From Bordetella parapertussis (GTDB lineage: Bacteria; Pseudomonadota; Gammaproteobacteria; Burkholderiales; JACQAP01): a DNA stretch of 64,000 bases. Below are positions 56,044 through 64,000 of the stretch, piece after piece. The position numbers and the translations under genes are program-made. The DNA is taken from assembly GCA_945900965.1 (NCBI GenBank), contig CAMDKM010000008.1:33302-97301 (forward strand), read 5' to 3'. The stretch's first letter is position 1. Each line of letters starts with the position of its first letter. The notes below the pieces were generated by a model. The model was not told where the DNA came from. It made no database searches and saw nothing but the letters and a program-made list of their open reading frames with translations.

Positions 56044-56334
56044 TCATGGAGTCGGGAAGGAGTAGTAGTGCTGATTGAGGTAGGAAGTCACTGCTTCGAT
56101 CTCTTCCTCGCCCCATTCCGCACCCACCTGTTTGGCCCAGAGTTTTACCCAGTTGCGCACGTCCCCATAATTCAGCGCCGCGGGTTTATGACGTTTGTGC
56201 AGACTATCCCGGTGACACTGAATACATTGCAAGTCGTAAAGTGCCTGGCCGCGATGCGCCTGGGTCTCTGCCAGTGCGGATGTGCCGACCCCAAAAAAAG
56301 CCATTGCGGTGATGCCCATCAGAAAATGTCGCAT
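56044..56334 (-). CDS. Small monoheme c-type cytochrome, exported
   Basis: Signal peptide plus CIQCH. Confidence 0.8.
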   Translation of the reverse strand: MRHFLMGITAMAFFGVGTSALAETQAHRGQALYDLQCIQCHRDSLHKRHKPAALNYGDVRNWVKLWAKQVGAEWGEEEIEAVTSYLNQHYYSFPTP

Positions 56335-56399
56335 GTCGAGTCTCCGTGTAAGAACGGGTAATAAGGTGGCCCAGTATGTGGATTCTCCGCATCGACATC

Positions 56400-56413
56400 T
56401 TGATCCCGGTCAA
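56400..56413. promoter_or_regulatory. FNR-type box TTGATCCCGGTCAA
   Basis: Lies between the divergent cytochrome c gene (66 nt away) and USP gene (about 100 nt away). Confidence 0.65.
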
Positions 56414-56514
56414 AGCGATGCCGGCGAATGAAAGCAAACTACATTGGAAGGATGGGCGGTTCGAAACATTTCGGACCGGGAATCGCAGCTAACTCAAATG
56501 GGAAAGGAGCTTTT

Positions 56515-56958
56515 ATGTACCAACACATTCTGGTCGCGACCGATGGTTCCCGGCTGTCTGACAAGGCGGCGAAAACGGCAACATTACTGGCCAAAGGAGT
56601 GGGTGCTCGACTGACATGTTTCAACGTGATGGAAGAATATCCATTGCCGGCGTATTCCGAATTCGGCCCGGTGGTGGCGCCTCCCTTGGGGGCGTGGAAG
56701 CAGAGCCAGAAGAAACACGCACTGCATGTGCTTGCGAAAGTCGAAAAACTCGCCCGGGCGAACGGCGTGCCCTGTGCAACGGCTTTCGCCACCAGCCACT
56801 GGCCCTACAAGGCAATTATCGAAACGGCCAAGAAAAGGAAATGCGATCTGATCGTGATGGCCTCCCACGGACGGCGCGGTCTGGGCGCTTTGCTCCTCGG
56901 CAGCGAGACATCGAAGGTGTTGACGCATAGCAAGATACCCGTGCTGGTGTGCCGCTAA
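56515..56958 (+). CDS. Universal stress protein (UspA family)
   Basis: Contains MYQHILVATDGS and GSETSKVLTHSKIPVLVCR. Confidence 0.9.
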   Translation: MYQHILVATDGSRLSDKAAKTATLLAKGVGARLTCFNVMEEYPLPAYSEFGPVVAPPLGAWKQSQKKHALHVLAKVEKLARANGVPCATAFATSHWPYKAIIETAKKRKCDLIVMASHGRRGLGALLLGSETSKVLTHSKIPVLVCR

Positions 56959-57016
56959 GCGCCGGCAGAGGCGGCGAGCTGTCCTTAGTGTGGTCGCAAG
57001 TCAAAAGGTGCAAATC

Positions 57017-57475
57017 ATGTCAATCAAACATATCTGCAACCAGGAAGTCTTCACCGCGGGTCGCTCCATCACGGCGAGGGCCGCTGCACAATTGATGCGC
57101 GAGCACCACGTCAGGAGCCTGGTGGTGGTGGAGGATGCCGACGAGCGTCGTTCTCCAGTCGGCATGATCACCGATCGCGACATTGTGGTGGCGGTGGTGG
57201 CGCTTGGCCTCGATGCCCAAGCCATCCACGTGGAAGACGTGATGAGCGGAGAATTGCTGGCGGTGGATGAGGACGCAGGAATTTCCGAGACGCTGGAGCT
57301 TATGCGTCTGAGGGGCGTTCGCCGGCTGCCGGTTACACGAGAAGGAGGCGAGCTTGTCGGCATCGTAACCTCTGATGACTTGTTTGCCCTGTTGTCCGAG
57401 GAAATGGCCTCATTGTCGAAAATTGTCTTACGAGGACGTAAACGCGAAATCGAAACTCGCAGGCACCTGCGCTAA
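57017..57475 (+). CDS. CBS-pair domain protein
   Basis: Two CBS motifs: VRSLVVVEDADERRSPVGMITDRDIV and VRRLPVTREGGELVGIVTSDDL. Confidence 0.85.
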   Translation: MSIKHICNQEVFTAGRSITARAAAQLMREHHVRSLVVVEDADERRSPVGMITDRDIVVAVVALGLDAQAIHVEDVMSGELLAVDEDAGISETLELMRLRGVRRLPVTREGGELVGIVTSDDLFALLSEEMASLSKIVLRGRKREIETRRHLR

Positions 57476-57505
57476 CCCGGCATTGCCGGATTCATCCTAA
57501 AAACC

Positions 57506-57643
57506 GCACCACAGAGACACGGAGACACCGAGAAGAACAATATATCAATCAGTTGTCATGCCAGCAGTATTCATCTTTTTGATGAGTGCACGGGTAGAAG
57601 CAACAATTTGTTTTTTCTCGGTGTTCTCAGTGCCTCTGTGGTT
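57506..57643. repeat. MITE-like element with imperfect ~34-bp inverted arms of the CACAGAGG family
   Basis: Arms are accgcaccacagagacacggagacaccgagaagaac and ttttttctcggtgttctcagtgcctctgtggttc. Confidence 0.75.
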
Positions 57644-57679
57644 CAACTGCTTTTTCTAGGTTCATTGGAAAGGAAAATC

Positions 57680-58183
57680 ATGCGCTCCTCCGAGACACGA
57701 AGCCGGACAAAAACCCATCGCGACCGCCAGATCAAGGAAGTCGGACACGACCCTTACATGGCTCGCGACAAGCCTGAAGGAACCCTGCTCTGCCCGAAAT
57801 GCCGGTTGGTTTGTCGGACCGGGCGCTGGGTTCGCTTGCAGGCGCGCCCACTGAAAGCCAAGCCGCATTTGTGTCCGGCCTGCCATCGGATCGGCGATAA
57901 ATTTCCGGCGGGTTATGTGAAGCTTTCGGGAGAATTTCTGGCGGCGAAGCGAGCAGAGTTGCTAAGGCTGGTGAAAAACGAGGCCGCGCGTGCATCCAGC
58001 CGTCATCCCCTGCAGCGCCTCATGGGCATCGAGGACGAGGAGGGCGGCGTCGTGATGGTGACGACAACCGACGTCCATTTGGCACGACGCATTGGTGAAG
58101 CCCTGCACCACGCCTTTCTGGGCAATCTCGAAATCAAATACGGTCCCGACCAGTATCTCGTTCGGGTCGATTGGTCTCGTTAG
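57680..58183 (+). CDS. Zinc-ribbon protein (CPKC...CPAC), conserved hypothetical
   Basis: RBS ggaaagg. Encodes MRSSETRSRTKTHRDRQIKEVGHDPYM...LLCPKCRLV...HLCPACHRI...VMVTTTDVHLARRIGEALHHAF. Resemblance to the NMD3-like N-terminal fold is only a memory-level guess. Confidence 0.6.
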   Translation: MRSSETRSRTKTHRDRQIKEVGHDPYMARDKPEGTLLCPKCRLVCRTGRWVRLQARPLKAKPHLCPACHRIGDKFPAGYVKLSGEFLAAKRAELLRLVKNEAARASSRHPLQRLMGIEDEEGGVVMVTTTDVHLARRIGEALHHAFLGNLEIKYGPDQYLVRVDWSR

Positions 58184-58203
58184 GCTAACTCGTTAATTCA
58201 CTC

Positions 58204-58376
58204 TCACCGCAGAGGACGCGGAGGAAAAGCAACAATAAGACATTCACAATGTCGATGAAGACGACTGTACAAACATCATCGGCACGGTAGAGGTCGTAAC
58301 GGTGGATCATCGTCAACGGTCGCCTGTGACGATCATTCGCTTTGCTCGTGACTTTCCTCCGCGTCCTCTGCGGTGA
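58204..58376. repeat. 173-bp element bounded by perfect 24-bp inverted repeats
   Basis: tcaccgcagaggacgcggaggaaa (58204-58227) and tttcctccgcgtcctctgcggtga (58353-58376). Confidence 0.85.
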
Positions 58377-58429
58377 AAGAGCTGCTCTTTGGGTTAGCTC
58401 TCCGTGAGTTGCGCAGTGAGAGTGGGTCT

Positions 58430-59212
58430 TCAGTGCGTCTGGCCGACGATTTCGCGCAGCCCTTGTACGTTGGTGATGCGTACGTGTTTTTGCTGCACCG
58501 AAATGTGGCCGGTTTCCTGCAGCCGGGAGAACAGGCGGCTGACCGTTTCGAGCTTCAGACCCAGATAACTGCCGATTTCTTCGCGGGTCATGCGAAGGTA
58601 AAACTCCGAAGGCGAGTAGCCCCGGGCGGTGAAACGTTGCGACAAATTGAGCAGAAAAACGGCCAGGCGTTCCTCGGCGGACATACTGCCCAGCAGCATC
58701 ATGATGCCGTGATCGCGCACGATTTCCCTCGACAACACCGCGTGCAAATTGCGTTGCAGTGCGCGGACCTTGCTGGTGGCCTCTTCGATGCCGGCGTAGG
58801 GCATGACACAAACTTCGCTGTCCTCCAGCGCGATGGCCGTGGCGTCCTGCCGGTTGGACCCCAGTCCGTCCAGGCCAAGCAGTTCGCCGCCCATGAAGAA
58901 CCCGGTCACCTGTTCGCGTCCGTCGTTGTCGACGACACTGGACTTGAAAAATCCGCTGCGCACCGAGTAGATGGCGGCAAAGGGGTCACCGGCATGAAAC
59001 AGGATTTCCCCGCGTTTGATGCGGCGCCGGGAAGTGACCACTTGATCCATGCACTGTATGACCTCCTCGGACATGCCACGCGGCAGACAGAGTTCGCGAA
59101 GATTGCAGTTGGTGCAGGTTCCCTTGGCAATTGCGGGAAATGCGGCCTCCTGTGTCGTCGTCATCAAGGGAACAACTCTGAGCGGTATACGTGCCACGGC
59201 AGCGGTTTGCAT
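58430..59212 (-). CDS. fnr: FNR (oxygen-sensing [4Fe-4S] CRP/FNR-family regulator)
   Basis: CTNCNLRELC (CX2CX5C), central Cys (SEVCVMP) and an HTH with ETVSR. The start is ATG 59212 or ATG 59164. Confidence 0.9.
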   Translation of the reverse strand: MQTAAVARIPLRVVPLMTTTQEAAFPAIAKGTCTNCNLRELCLPRGMSEEVIQCMDQVVTSRRRIKRGEILFHAGDPFAAIYSVRSGFFKSSVVDNDGREQVTGFFMGGELLGLDGLGSNRQDATAIALEDSEVCVMPYAGIEEATSKVRALQRNLHAVLSREIVRDHGIMMLLGSMSAEERLAVFLLNLSQRFTARGYSPSEFYLRMTREEIGSYLGLKLETVSRLFSRLQETGHISVQQKHVRITNVQGLREIVGQTH

Positions 59213-59232
59213 GGTGATTGTCTTCTTTGTTG

Positions 59233-59646
59233 TTAGTGAACGGTCTGGTGGGCGAGCGTGACAATTGCCCGGTGCAATTCCGCGAATTGATGGCTCTTGT
59301 CGAAATACGCCGAGGCGCCCAGCTCCAGGGCGACGCGCCGGTAGAGGGGGGGCGAACAATTACTCAGCATGTAATAAACAATGGTCGGCATGTGCGGCCG
59401 AACCTTGCGCAATACCTCCAGGCCGCTGCCCTGCGCCAGTTGCAAGTCAAGCAGCACCACGTTGGGGTGTGCTTCGAGAATGCCCCGGATTGCGTCACCG
59501 GCTGTGCTGGCGTGCCCGGCATTAAAAGTACCGGGGATTTCCGCGAGCATTTCCTCGAGGCGCACACGCACGATGGGCGAGTCTTCGACGATGAATACCC
59601 CAAGTTGGGCTTCCGACACGGGAGGCGATTGATTTAGTGAATTCAT
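59233..59646 (-). CDS. Receiver-only response regulator, directly upstream of fnr
   Basis: Contains VFIVEDSPIVRVRL...PNVVLLDLQLAQGSGLEVL...LSN...ASAYFDKS. There is a 20-nt gap to fnr. Confidence 0.85.
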   Translation of the reverse strand: MNSLNQSPPVSEAQLGVFIVEDSPIVRVRLEEMLAEIPGTFNAGHASTAGDAIRGILEAHPNVVLLDLQLAQGSGLEVLRKVRPHMPTIVYYMLSNCSPPLYRRVALELGASAYFDKSHQFAELHRAIVTLAHQTVH

Positions 59647-59724
59647 GTGAAGCAGTGTGGTGCGGGCATTTGCCGCGCACCATAGGTAGGCGCTGAATTG
59701 GGAGGTAGGAATTCGCCAAAGGGC

Positions 59725-59746
59725 GGGGTAGGAAATTTCCTACCCC
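59725..59746. promoter_or_regulatory. Perfect 22-bp palindrome ggggtaggaaatttcctacccc, candidate operator
   Basis: Lies about 80-100 nt upstream of the RR-fnr operon. Contains TACCCCT/TACCCCG half-sites. Confidence 0.4.
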
Positions 59747-59905
59747 TTGCCGAAATGGCCGGTAGTCATGGCGTCGCCTTATGGATCTGACGCCCTATCG
59801 GCAGCCGGTCGAACTTTGCCGTTCGAAAACGAAAAGATGGGAGAGCGAGGAAAGATTTGAAGATTTTCAGCGAGTCTTGCGAATAGAGAATGGACCACTT
59901 CTCAT

Positions 59906-60060
59906 GGCACTACCTTAATAAAGGCGCAGTACGTAGCCCGTATGCAGCGCAGCGGAATACGGGGAAAATGCACAGTTGCGGCACCATTACCCGGATTGCG
60001 CTGCGCTCCATCCGGGCTACATACCATGGTTGTCCCGGCATCCGGTTCTAAGGTAGTGCC
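59906..60060. repeat. Nested palindromic REP/MITE-like element
   Basis: Outer 12-bp inverted repeat ggcactacctta/taaggtagtgcc. Inner arms gtagcccgtatgcagcgcagcggaatacggg / cccggattgcgctgcgctccatccgggctac. Confidence 0.8.
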
Positions 60061-60122
60061 TGAAGATCAGATTCGACTATTCGCCTGATTTCCCGGGCGA
60101 CAGGTCGGAAAGCACCGATTTC

Positions 60123-60767
60123 TCAGCCGTCGGCGTTGCGCTCCAGCAGGCCATGCTCCAGGGCGTAGCGCACCAGTTCCGCCGAGTTGGCGAGATTCAT
60201 TTTTTCCAGGACATGGGTCTTGTGCGTGCTGACGGTTTTGACCGACAGGTTGAGTCGTTGTCCAATCTCGGTCAGCCCATGGCCTTGCGCGATGAATTTG
60301 AAGATTTCAAATTCCCGATCGGAGAGCCGGGTATGGGGCGGGGTGTCTCCGCGTACCGTTGCGGCCAGCAGCACCTGGGTGGCGGAGTCGGAGAGGTAAA
60401 CGCCGCCCTGGGCGATCTTGCGTATGGCGACGATAAGTTGTTCGGATGCGCAGTCCTTTGTTAGATAGCCCAATGCGCCGGCCCTGAGCGCGCGGGCCGC
60501 GTACTGGTTTTCGGCGTGCATCGACAGCACGAGCATGCGCAGTTTCGGTTTTTCCAGTTTCAGGCGCTTGATGAGTGCAATGCCGGACAAGCCCGGCATC
60601 GACAGGTCGAGCACTGCGATATCGAATTCCCGGGCTTTTGCCTGGGCGAGTGCCTCGTCCCCGGTAGCGGCTTCGGCCGCAATTTCGATATCCGCGCTTT
60701 GGCCGAGAATCTGCTTGAGCCCTTCGCGAACCAGTTGATGATCGTCGGCCAGCAGCAGGCGGATCAT
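60123..60767 (-). CDS. NarL/FixJ-family response regulator (REC plus LuxR HTH)
   Basis: Contains MIRLLLADDHQLVREGL, DIAVLDLSMPGLSG, and LSDREFEIFKFIAQGHGLTEIGQRLNLSVKTVSTHK. Confidence 0.92.
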   Translation of the reverse strand: MIRLLLADDHQLVREGLKQILGQSADIEIAAEAATGDEALAQAKAREFDIAVLDLSMPGLSGIALIKRLKLEKPKLRMLVLSMHAENQYAARALRAGALGYLTKDCASEQLIVAIRKIAQGGVYLSDSATQVLLAATVRGDTPPHTRLSDREFEIFKFIAQGHGLTEIGQRLNLSVKTVSTHKTHVLEKMNLANSAELVRYALEHGLLERNADG

Positions 60768-60770
60768 GGA

Positions 60771-62084
60771 CTACTCCGTTGGGAGGGGGGGCTGCAAGGG
60801 GACCTGTACGCTCACCCGGGTTCCGCCCAGAGGCGTTTGGCCGATATCGAGGGTGCCGCCGACATGATTTGCGCGTTGGCGCATGCCACGGATGCCCAGA
60901 GTACGTGTTTTGCCCAGATCATCGGGGGCAATGCCGCGCCCGTCATCCTCGACTTCCAGTTGCAATACCCCGTCATCGATCGCCAGCCGTATCCAGGTAT
61001 TGCGTGCCTGGGCATGGCGCGCAACATTGGTCAGCGCCTCCTGCAGGATGCGGAACAGGGTCATGACGCGGCCACGATTCAGTTCCGCCAGGGCATCCTC
61101 GGCGGGCATCTGGATGTCGCATGGGATGCCGAAACGTTCGGAGAAGTCTTCGGCCAGCCAGGCAACGGCATCGGGAAATCCCAGGTCATCGAGCATCAGC
61201 GGGCCCAGGTGCGCCGAAATACGGCGCACCGAGGCAATCGTCTGGTCCAATGTGTGATTCATGCGCCCGGCTTTGGCAGCCGTTGCCGCATCGCCATCCG
61301 GCAGACGGTCGCGCAGCCAGATCAGATCCATTTTCAGCGCGGTCAACAACTGGCCGAGTTCGTCGTGCAATTCGCGCGCGATGCGGGTTTTTTCTTCTTC
61401 GCGGGCTTCGTGAATCTGGCCTGACAGCACATGGAGTTCGTGCTGGTGGAGTTTGATTTTTTCTTCCTGGCTGCAGCGCTCGCTGACATCGCGCAGAATC
61501 ACGGTAAACAATTGGCCCCCCTCTCCCGAGCTGTGCGATATCGACGCTTCGATCGGAAATTCCTCGCCGCTGTCAAGGCGCCGCGCCCATAACACGGTGG
61601 TGTCGCCCATACGGCGGCTGGTTACCCCGGTTTTTCCGAAGGTTTCCACATGGTTCCGGTGCGCGGCGTGAAAGCGCTCAGGTATGAAGCGGTCGAGGGA
61701 GGCGCCCAGCGCCTGGTCACGTCGGCAGCGAAACAACTGTTCCGCCGCCCGGTTGAACAGAACGATGCGCAGCCCGGCGTCCACGGTGATGATGGCATCC
61801 ATGGCGGAATGCACAATGGTGGCCAGTCTTGCCTCGGTGACGTCCAGCCTGTCGGACAGGTGCCGAGATTGGACCCGGGCACCCAAGGCGGTGCGCGTAA
61901 TGATAAGTAGGAACGCCCCGATCAGCGCCAAATCGATCATCGAGTCCAGTGCATCCAGCCAAGGCCGGTCCTCGGGGTACCGCTGGATGGCGAAATGCAC
62001 CACCAATTCCGCGGCGACGACACCGATCGTGGCCGCGATCATCCAGGGTTTGATGGTAGAACGCACCGACATTTCAGGCTTCAA
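60771..62084 (-). CDS. Membrane PAS HisKA_3 sensor histidine kinase
   Basis: Two TM helices, a PAS domain (IITVDAGLRIVLFNRAAEQLF...IPERFHAAHRNHVETF), H-box ARELHDELGQ and an HATPase domain. Confidence 0.9.
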   Translation of the reverse strand: MKPEMSVRSTIKPWMIAATIGVVAAELVVHFAIQRYPEDRPWLDALDSMIDLALIGAFLLIITRTALGARVQSRHLSDRLDVTEARLATIVHSAMDAIITVDAGLRIVLFNRAAEQLFRCRRDQALGASLDRFIPERFHAAHRNHVETFGKTGVTSRRMGDTTVLWARRLDSGEEFPIEASISHSSGEGGQLFTVILRDVSERCSQEEKIKLHQHELHVLSGQIHEAREEEKTRIARELHDELGQLLTALKMDLIWLRDRLPDGDAATAAKAGRMNHTLDQTIASVRRISAHLGPLMLDDLGFPDAVAWLAEDFSERFGIPCDIQMPAEDALAELNRGRVMTLFRILQEALTNVARHAQARNTWIRLAIDDGVLQLEVEDDGRGIAPDDLGKTRTLGIRGMRQRANHVGGTLDIGQTPLGGTRVSVQVPLQPPLPTE

Positions 62085-62101
62085 ACCTTCAAACTGATTG
62101 A

Positions 62102-62115
62102 TTGATACATATCAA
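62102..62115. promoter_or_regulatory. FNR-type box TTGATACATATCAA (perfect)
   Basis: Lies 77-90 nt upstream of the hemN ATG 62192 and 18 nt from the divergent kinase start. Confidence 0.75.
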
Positions 62116-62191
62116 TCCTGGGTGGGCGGATAACTGGCAATGTGACGGCCAAGAACGTGCAATTCAAGTGACTTGGAGGATTTTGACCCAA

Positions 62192-63586
62192 ATGAATTAC
62201 CCTTCATCGGATATGGTGGTCGATCCGGCGCTCATTCGTAAGTACGACAAGAGTGGGCCGCGTTATACCTCGTACCCCAGCGCCGATCACTTCGTGGAGG
62301 CCTTCGGCGAGAAGAATTACCTGCATTGGCTCGCGAATCGCAACATCGGTGGCATCCAGCAGCCGCTGTCACTATACCTGCATCTGCCATTTTGCGAATC
62401 GCTGTGTTTTTATTGCGCCTGCAACAAGGTCGTGACCCGCGATCATCGTCGTTCCGGAAAGTATATCAATTACTTAATGCTCGAAATGGGTCTGATATCG
62501 GAACTGCTCGCCGCCGATCGCCAGGTATCGCATCTACACTGGGGGGGCGGCACCCCGAACTTTCTGACCCAGGACGAGATGTCCCAGTTGATGGCGGCTT
62601 TCAACACCCATTTTGAACGGCTCCCGGACTTCGAGGCTGCCATCGAAATCGATCCCAGAACGGCGGAACCCGGTTTGATGGGGTTTCTTGCCGGGCTGGG
62701 ATTTCGCCGTGTTTCCCTTGGTGTGCAGGATTTTGACCCTGAAGTTCAGAAAGCCGTCCATCGCGTCCAAAGCGAATCGGTTACGCAAAGGGTCATGGAA
62801 GAGGCCAGGGCAGAAGGATACCAATCCATCAATGTCGATCTGATTTATGGTTTGCCCAAACAGACGCTGGATGGTTTCAACTCGACGCTGGACCGGATTA
62901 TCGCGCTCAACCCGGATAGAATCGCACTCTACCGTTATGCCCATCTTCCGCTCCAATTCAAGCCGCAACGCCGCATTGCCGAGGCGGATTTGCCCTCCGC
63001 GGAAACCGATCTGCAGATTCTTACCCTGGCCGTGGGCAGGCTGATCGCAGCGGGGTATCTTTATATCGGCATGGATCATTTCGCCAAGCCGAACAATGCG
63101 TTGGCCGTGGCTCAGCACCAGGGCCGCTTGCATCGCAATTTCCAGGGTTACTCGGCACAAGCGGAATCGGACATGCTGGGATTTGGCGTATCCGCGATCG
63201 GGCGCGTCGGCCCGACCTACGAACAGAACATGAAGAACATCGAGGACTATTACGCCGCCATCGATGCCGGGCGGCTGCCGGTGTTTCGCGGGCTGGTTTT
63301 ATCCCAGGACGATCTGTTGCGGCGCGCCGTGATCCAGGCCTTGATCTGCCAGTTTCGTCTGTCGCTGGAATCTATCGAACTGGCCTATCTGATCGAATTC
63401 AGGAAGTACTTTTCCCAGGAACTACAAGAATTGAAACCGCTCGAAGACGACGGGCTGGTGGAAGTTCAACCCGATTGGATCATCGTCACGCCCAAGGGCA
63501 GGCTGATGGTGCGCATTGTCTGCATGGTGTTCGACCGTTATCTGAGGCAGAGCCGGCAGCACGAGGGCTATTCCAAGGTGATGTAA
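62192..63586 (+). CDS. hemN: Oxygen-independent coproporphyrinogen-III oxidase (radical SAM)
   Basis: LYLHLPFCESLCFYCACN (CX3CX2C) and GPRYTSYP. Start trimmed to MNYPSSDMVVDPALIRKYD. Confidence 0.92.
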   Translation: MNYPSSDMVVDPALIRKYDKSGPRYTSYPSADHFVEAFGEKNYLHWLANRNIGGIQQPLSLYLHLPFCESLCFYCACNKVVTRDHRRSGKYINYLMLEMGLISELLAADRQVSHLHWGGGTPNFLTQDEMSQLMAAFNTHFERLPDFEAAIEIDPRTAEPGLMGFLAGLGFRRVSLGVQDFDPEVQKAVHRVQSESVTQRVMEEARAEGYQSINVDLIYGLPKQTLDGFNSTLDRIIALNPDRIALYRYAHLPLQFKPQRRIAEADLPSAETDLQILTLAVGRLIAAGYLYIGMDHFAKPNNALAVAQHQGRLHRNFQGYSAQAESDMLGFGVSAIGRVGPTYEQNMKNIEDYYAAIDAGRLPVFRGLVLSQDDLLRRAVIQALICQFRLSLESIELAYLIEFRKYFSQELQELKPLEDDGLVEVQPDWIIVTPKGRLMVRIVCMVFDRYLRQSRQHEGYSKVM

Positions 63587-63622
63587 TAGCGCGCTCGGGC
63601 GGCTGCCTCGTTTGCATGGGCG

Positions 63623-64000
63623 CTACAAATCGCGTGCGTTCGCATTGAGTACCTGCCTCGCAGCGTCGATGACTTCGGAAGCCGTCAGGCCAGCAGGTCC
63701 GATGCCGCTCGCAACGAGTTTGTCGGCGGCCAGGCCGTGCAGATGCACTCCGGCCAGTAATGCCTGATCGGGATCGCGGCATTGTGCGGTCAGCGACGCG
63801 ATGATGCCGGTCAGTACGTCACCCATGCCCGCCGTCGCCATGCCGGGGTTACCGCTGGTAGTGATATACCAATTGGCGTTTTTCAGGGTGCAGATGCTGC
63901 CATTGCCTTTTAATACCACGCTGGCGTTGAAACGCTCGGACAGTGCACGCGCCGCCGCGATGCGGTCCTCCTGAATATTCGCCGTGCTGGCGGCGAGCAG
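63623..64000 (-). CDS. nnr: NAD(P)H-hydrate dehydratase (YjeF C-terminal/Nnr), 3' part only; the gene runs off the window
   Basis: Contains VLKGNGSIC...TSGNPGMATAGMGDVLTGIIASL...GVHLHGLAADKL. The frame stays open to nt 64000. Confidence 0.8.
   Translation of the reverse strand: MLAASTANIQEDRIAAARALSERFNASVVLKGNGSICTLKNANWYITTSGNPGMATAGMGDVLTGIIASLTAQCRDPDQALLAGVHLHGLAADKLVASGIGPAGLTASEVIDAARQVLNANARDL

Noticed and set aside
58373-59236. 287-aa plus-strand ORF
   Set aside because: It is antisense to fnr, whose Cys cluster and HTH are unambiguous.

Overview
This is a GC-rich proteobacterial chromosomal segment. GC was judged by eye, not computed. Gene content looks beta/gamma-proteobacterial, but no taxon can be assigned without a database search. 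No rRNA, tRNA or CRISPR was recognised.

The window reads as one large low-oxygen respiration and survival island with four themes.

1. Micro-oxic and anaerobic respiration:
- A complete cbb3 oxidase supercluster on the minus strand: DUF2892-ccoI-ccoS, then ccoNOQP-ccoG-ccoH plus two membrane proteins. The sub-60-aa genes ccoQ and ccoS are missing from the ORF track.
- A nirK (lipoprotein, C-terminal cytochrome c fusion)-nirV-senC-outer-membrane-channel operon.
- hemN, an orphan cydB, a Tat multicopper oxidase and two small c-type cytochromes.

2. Stress and dormancy genes: Hsp20, an HPF-like factor, a phosphoribosyltransferase, a P-type ATPase, DksA/TraR, two USPs, a CBS protein, a zinc-ribbon protein, a yqjD/E/K-like operon and trxC.

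3. Signalling:
- FNR plus a Cys-less Dnr/NnrR-like regulator.
- Two HisKA_3 kinases, one NarL-type response regulator and two receiver-only response regulators.
- Two PAS-GGDEF-EAL paralogs, one carrying a FixL-type heme-PAS domain.

4. Accessory and decaying DNA: vapBC, hicAB, a decayed ParE-type pair, gene remnants, MITE-like elements and a pervasive family of GTGAAGG-type intergenic arrays.

The strongest single signal is 18 intergenic TTGAY-N4-RTCAA (FNR/Anr/Dnr-type) boxes placed in front of almost every operon, against about 0.24 expected by chance.

All family assignments come from motif recognition in the translated ORFs. Nothing was searched against a database.
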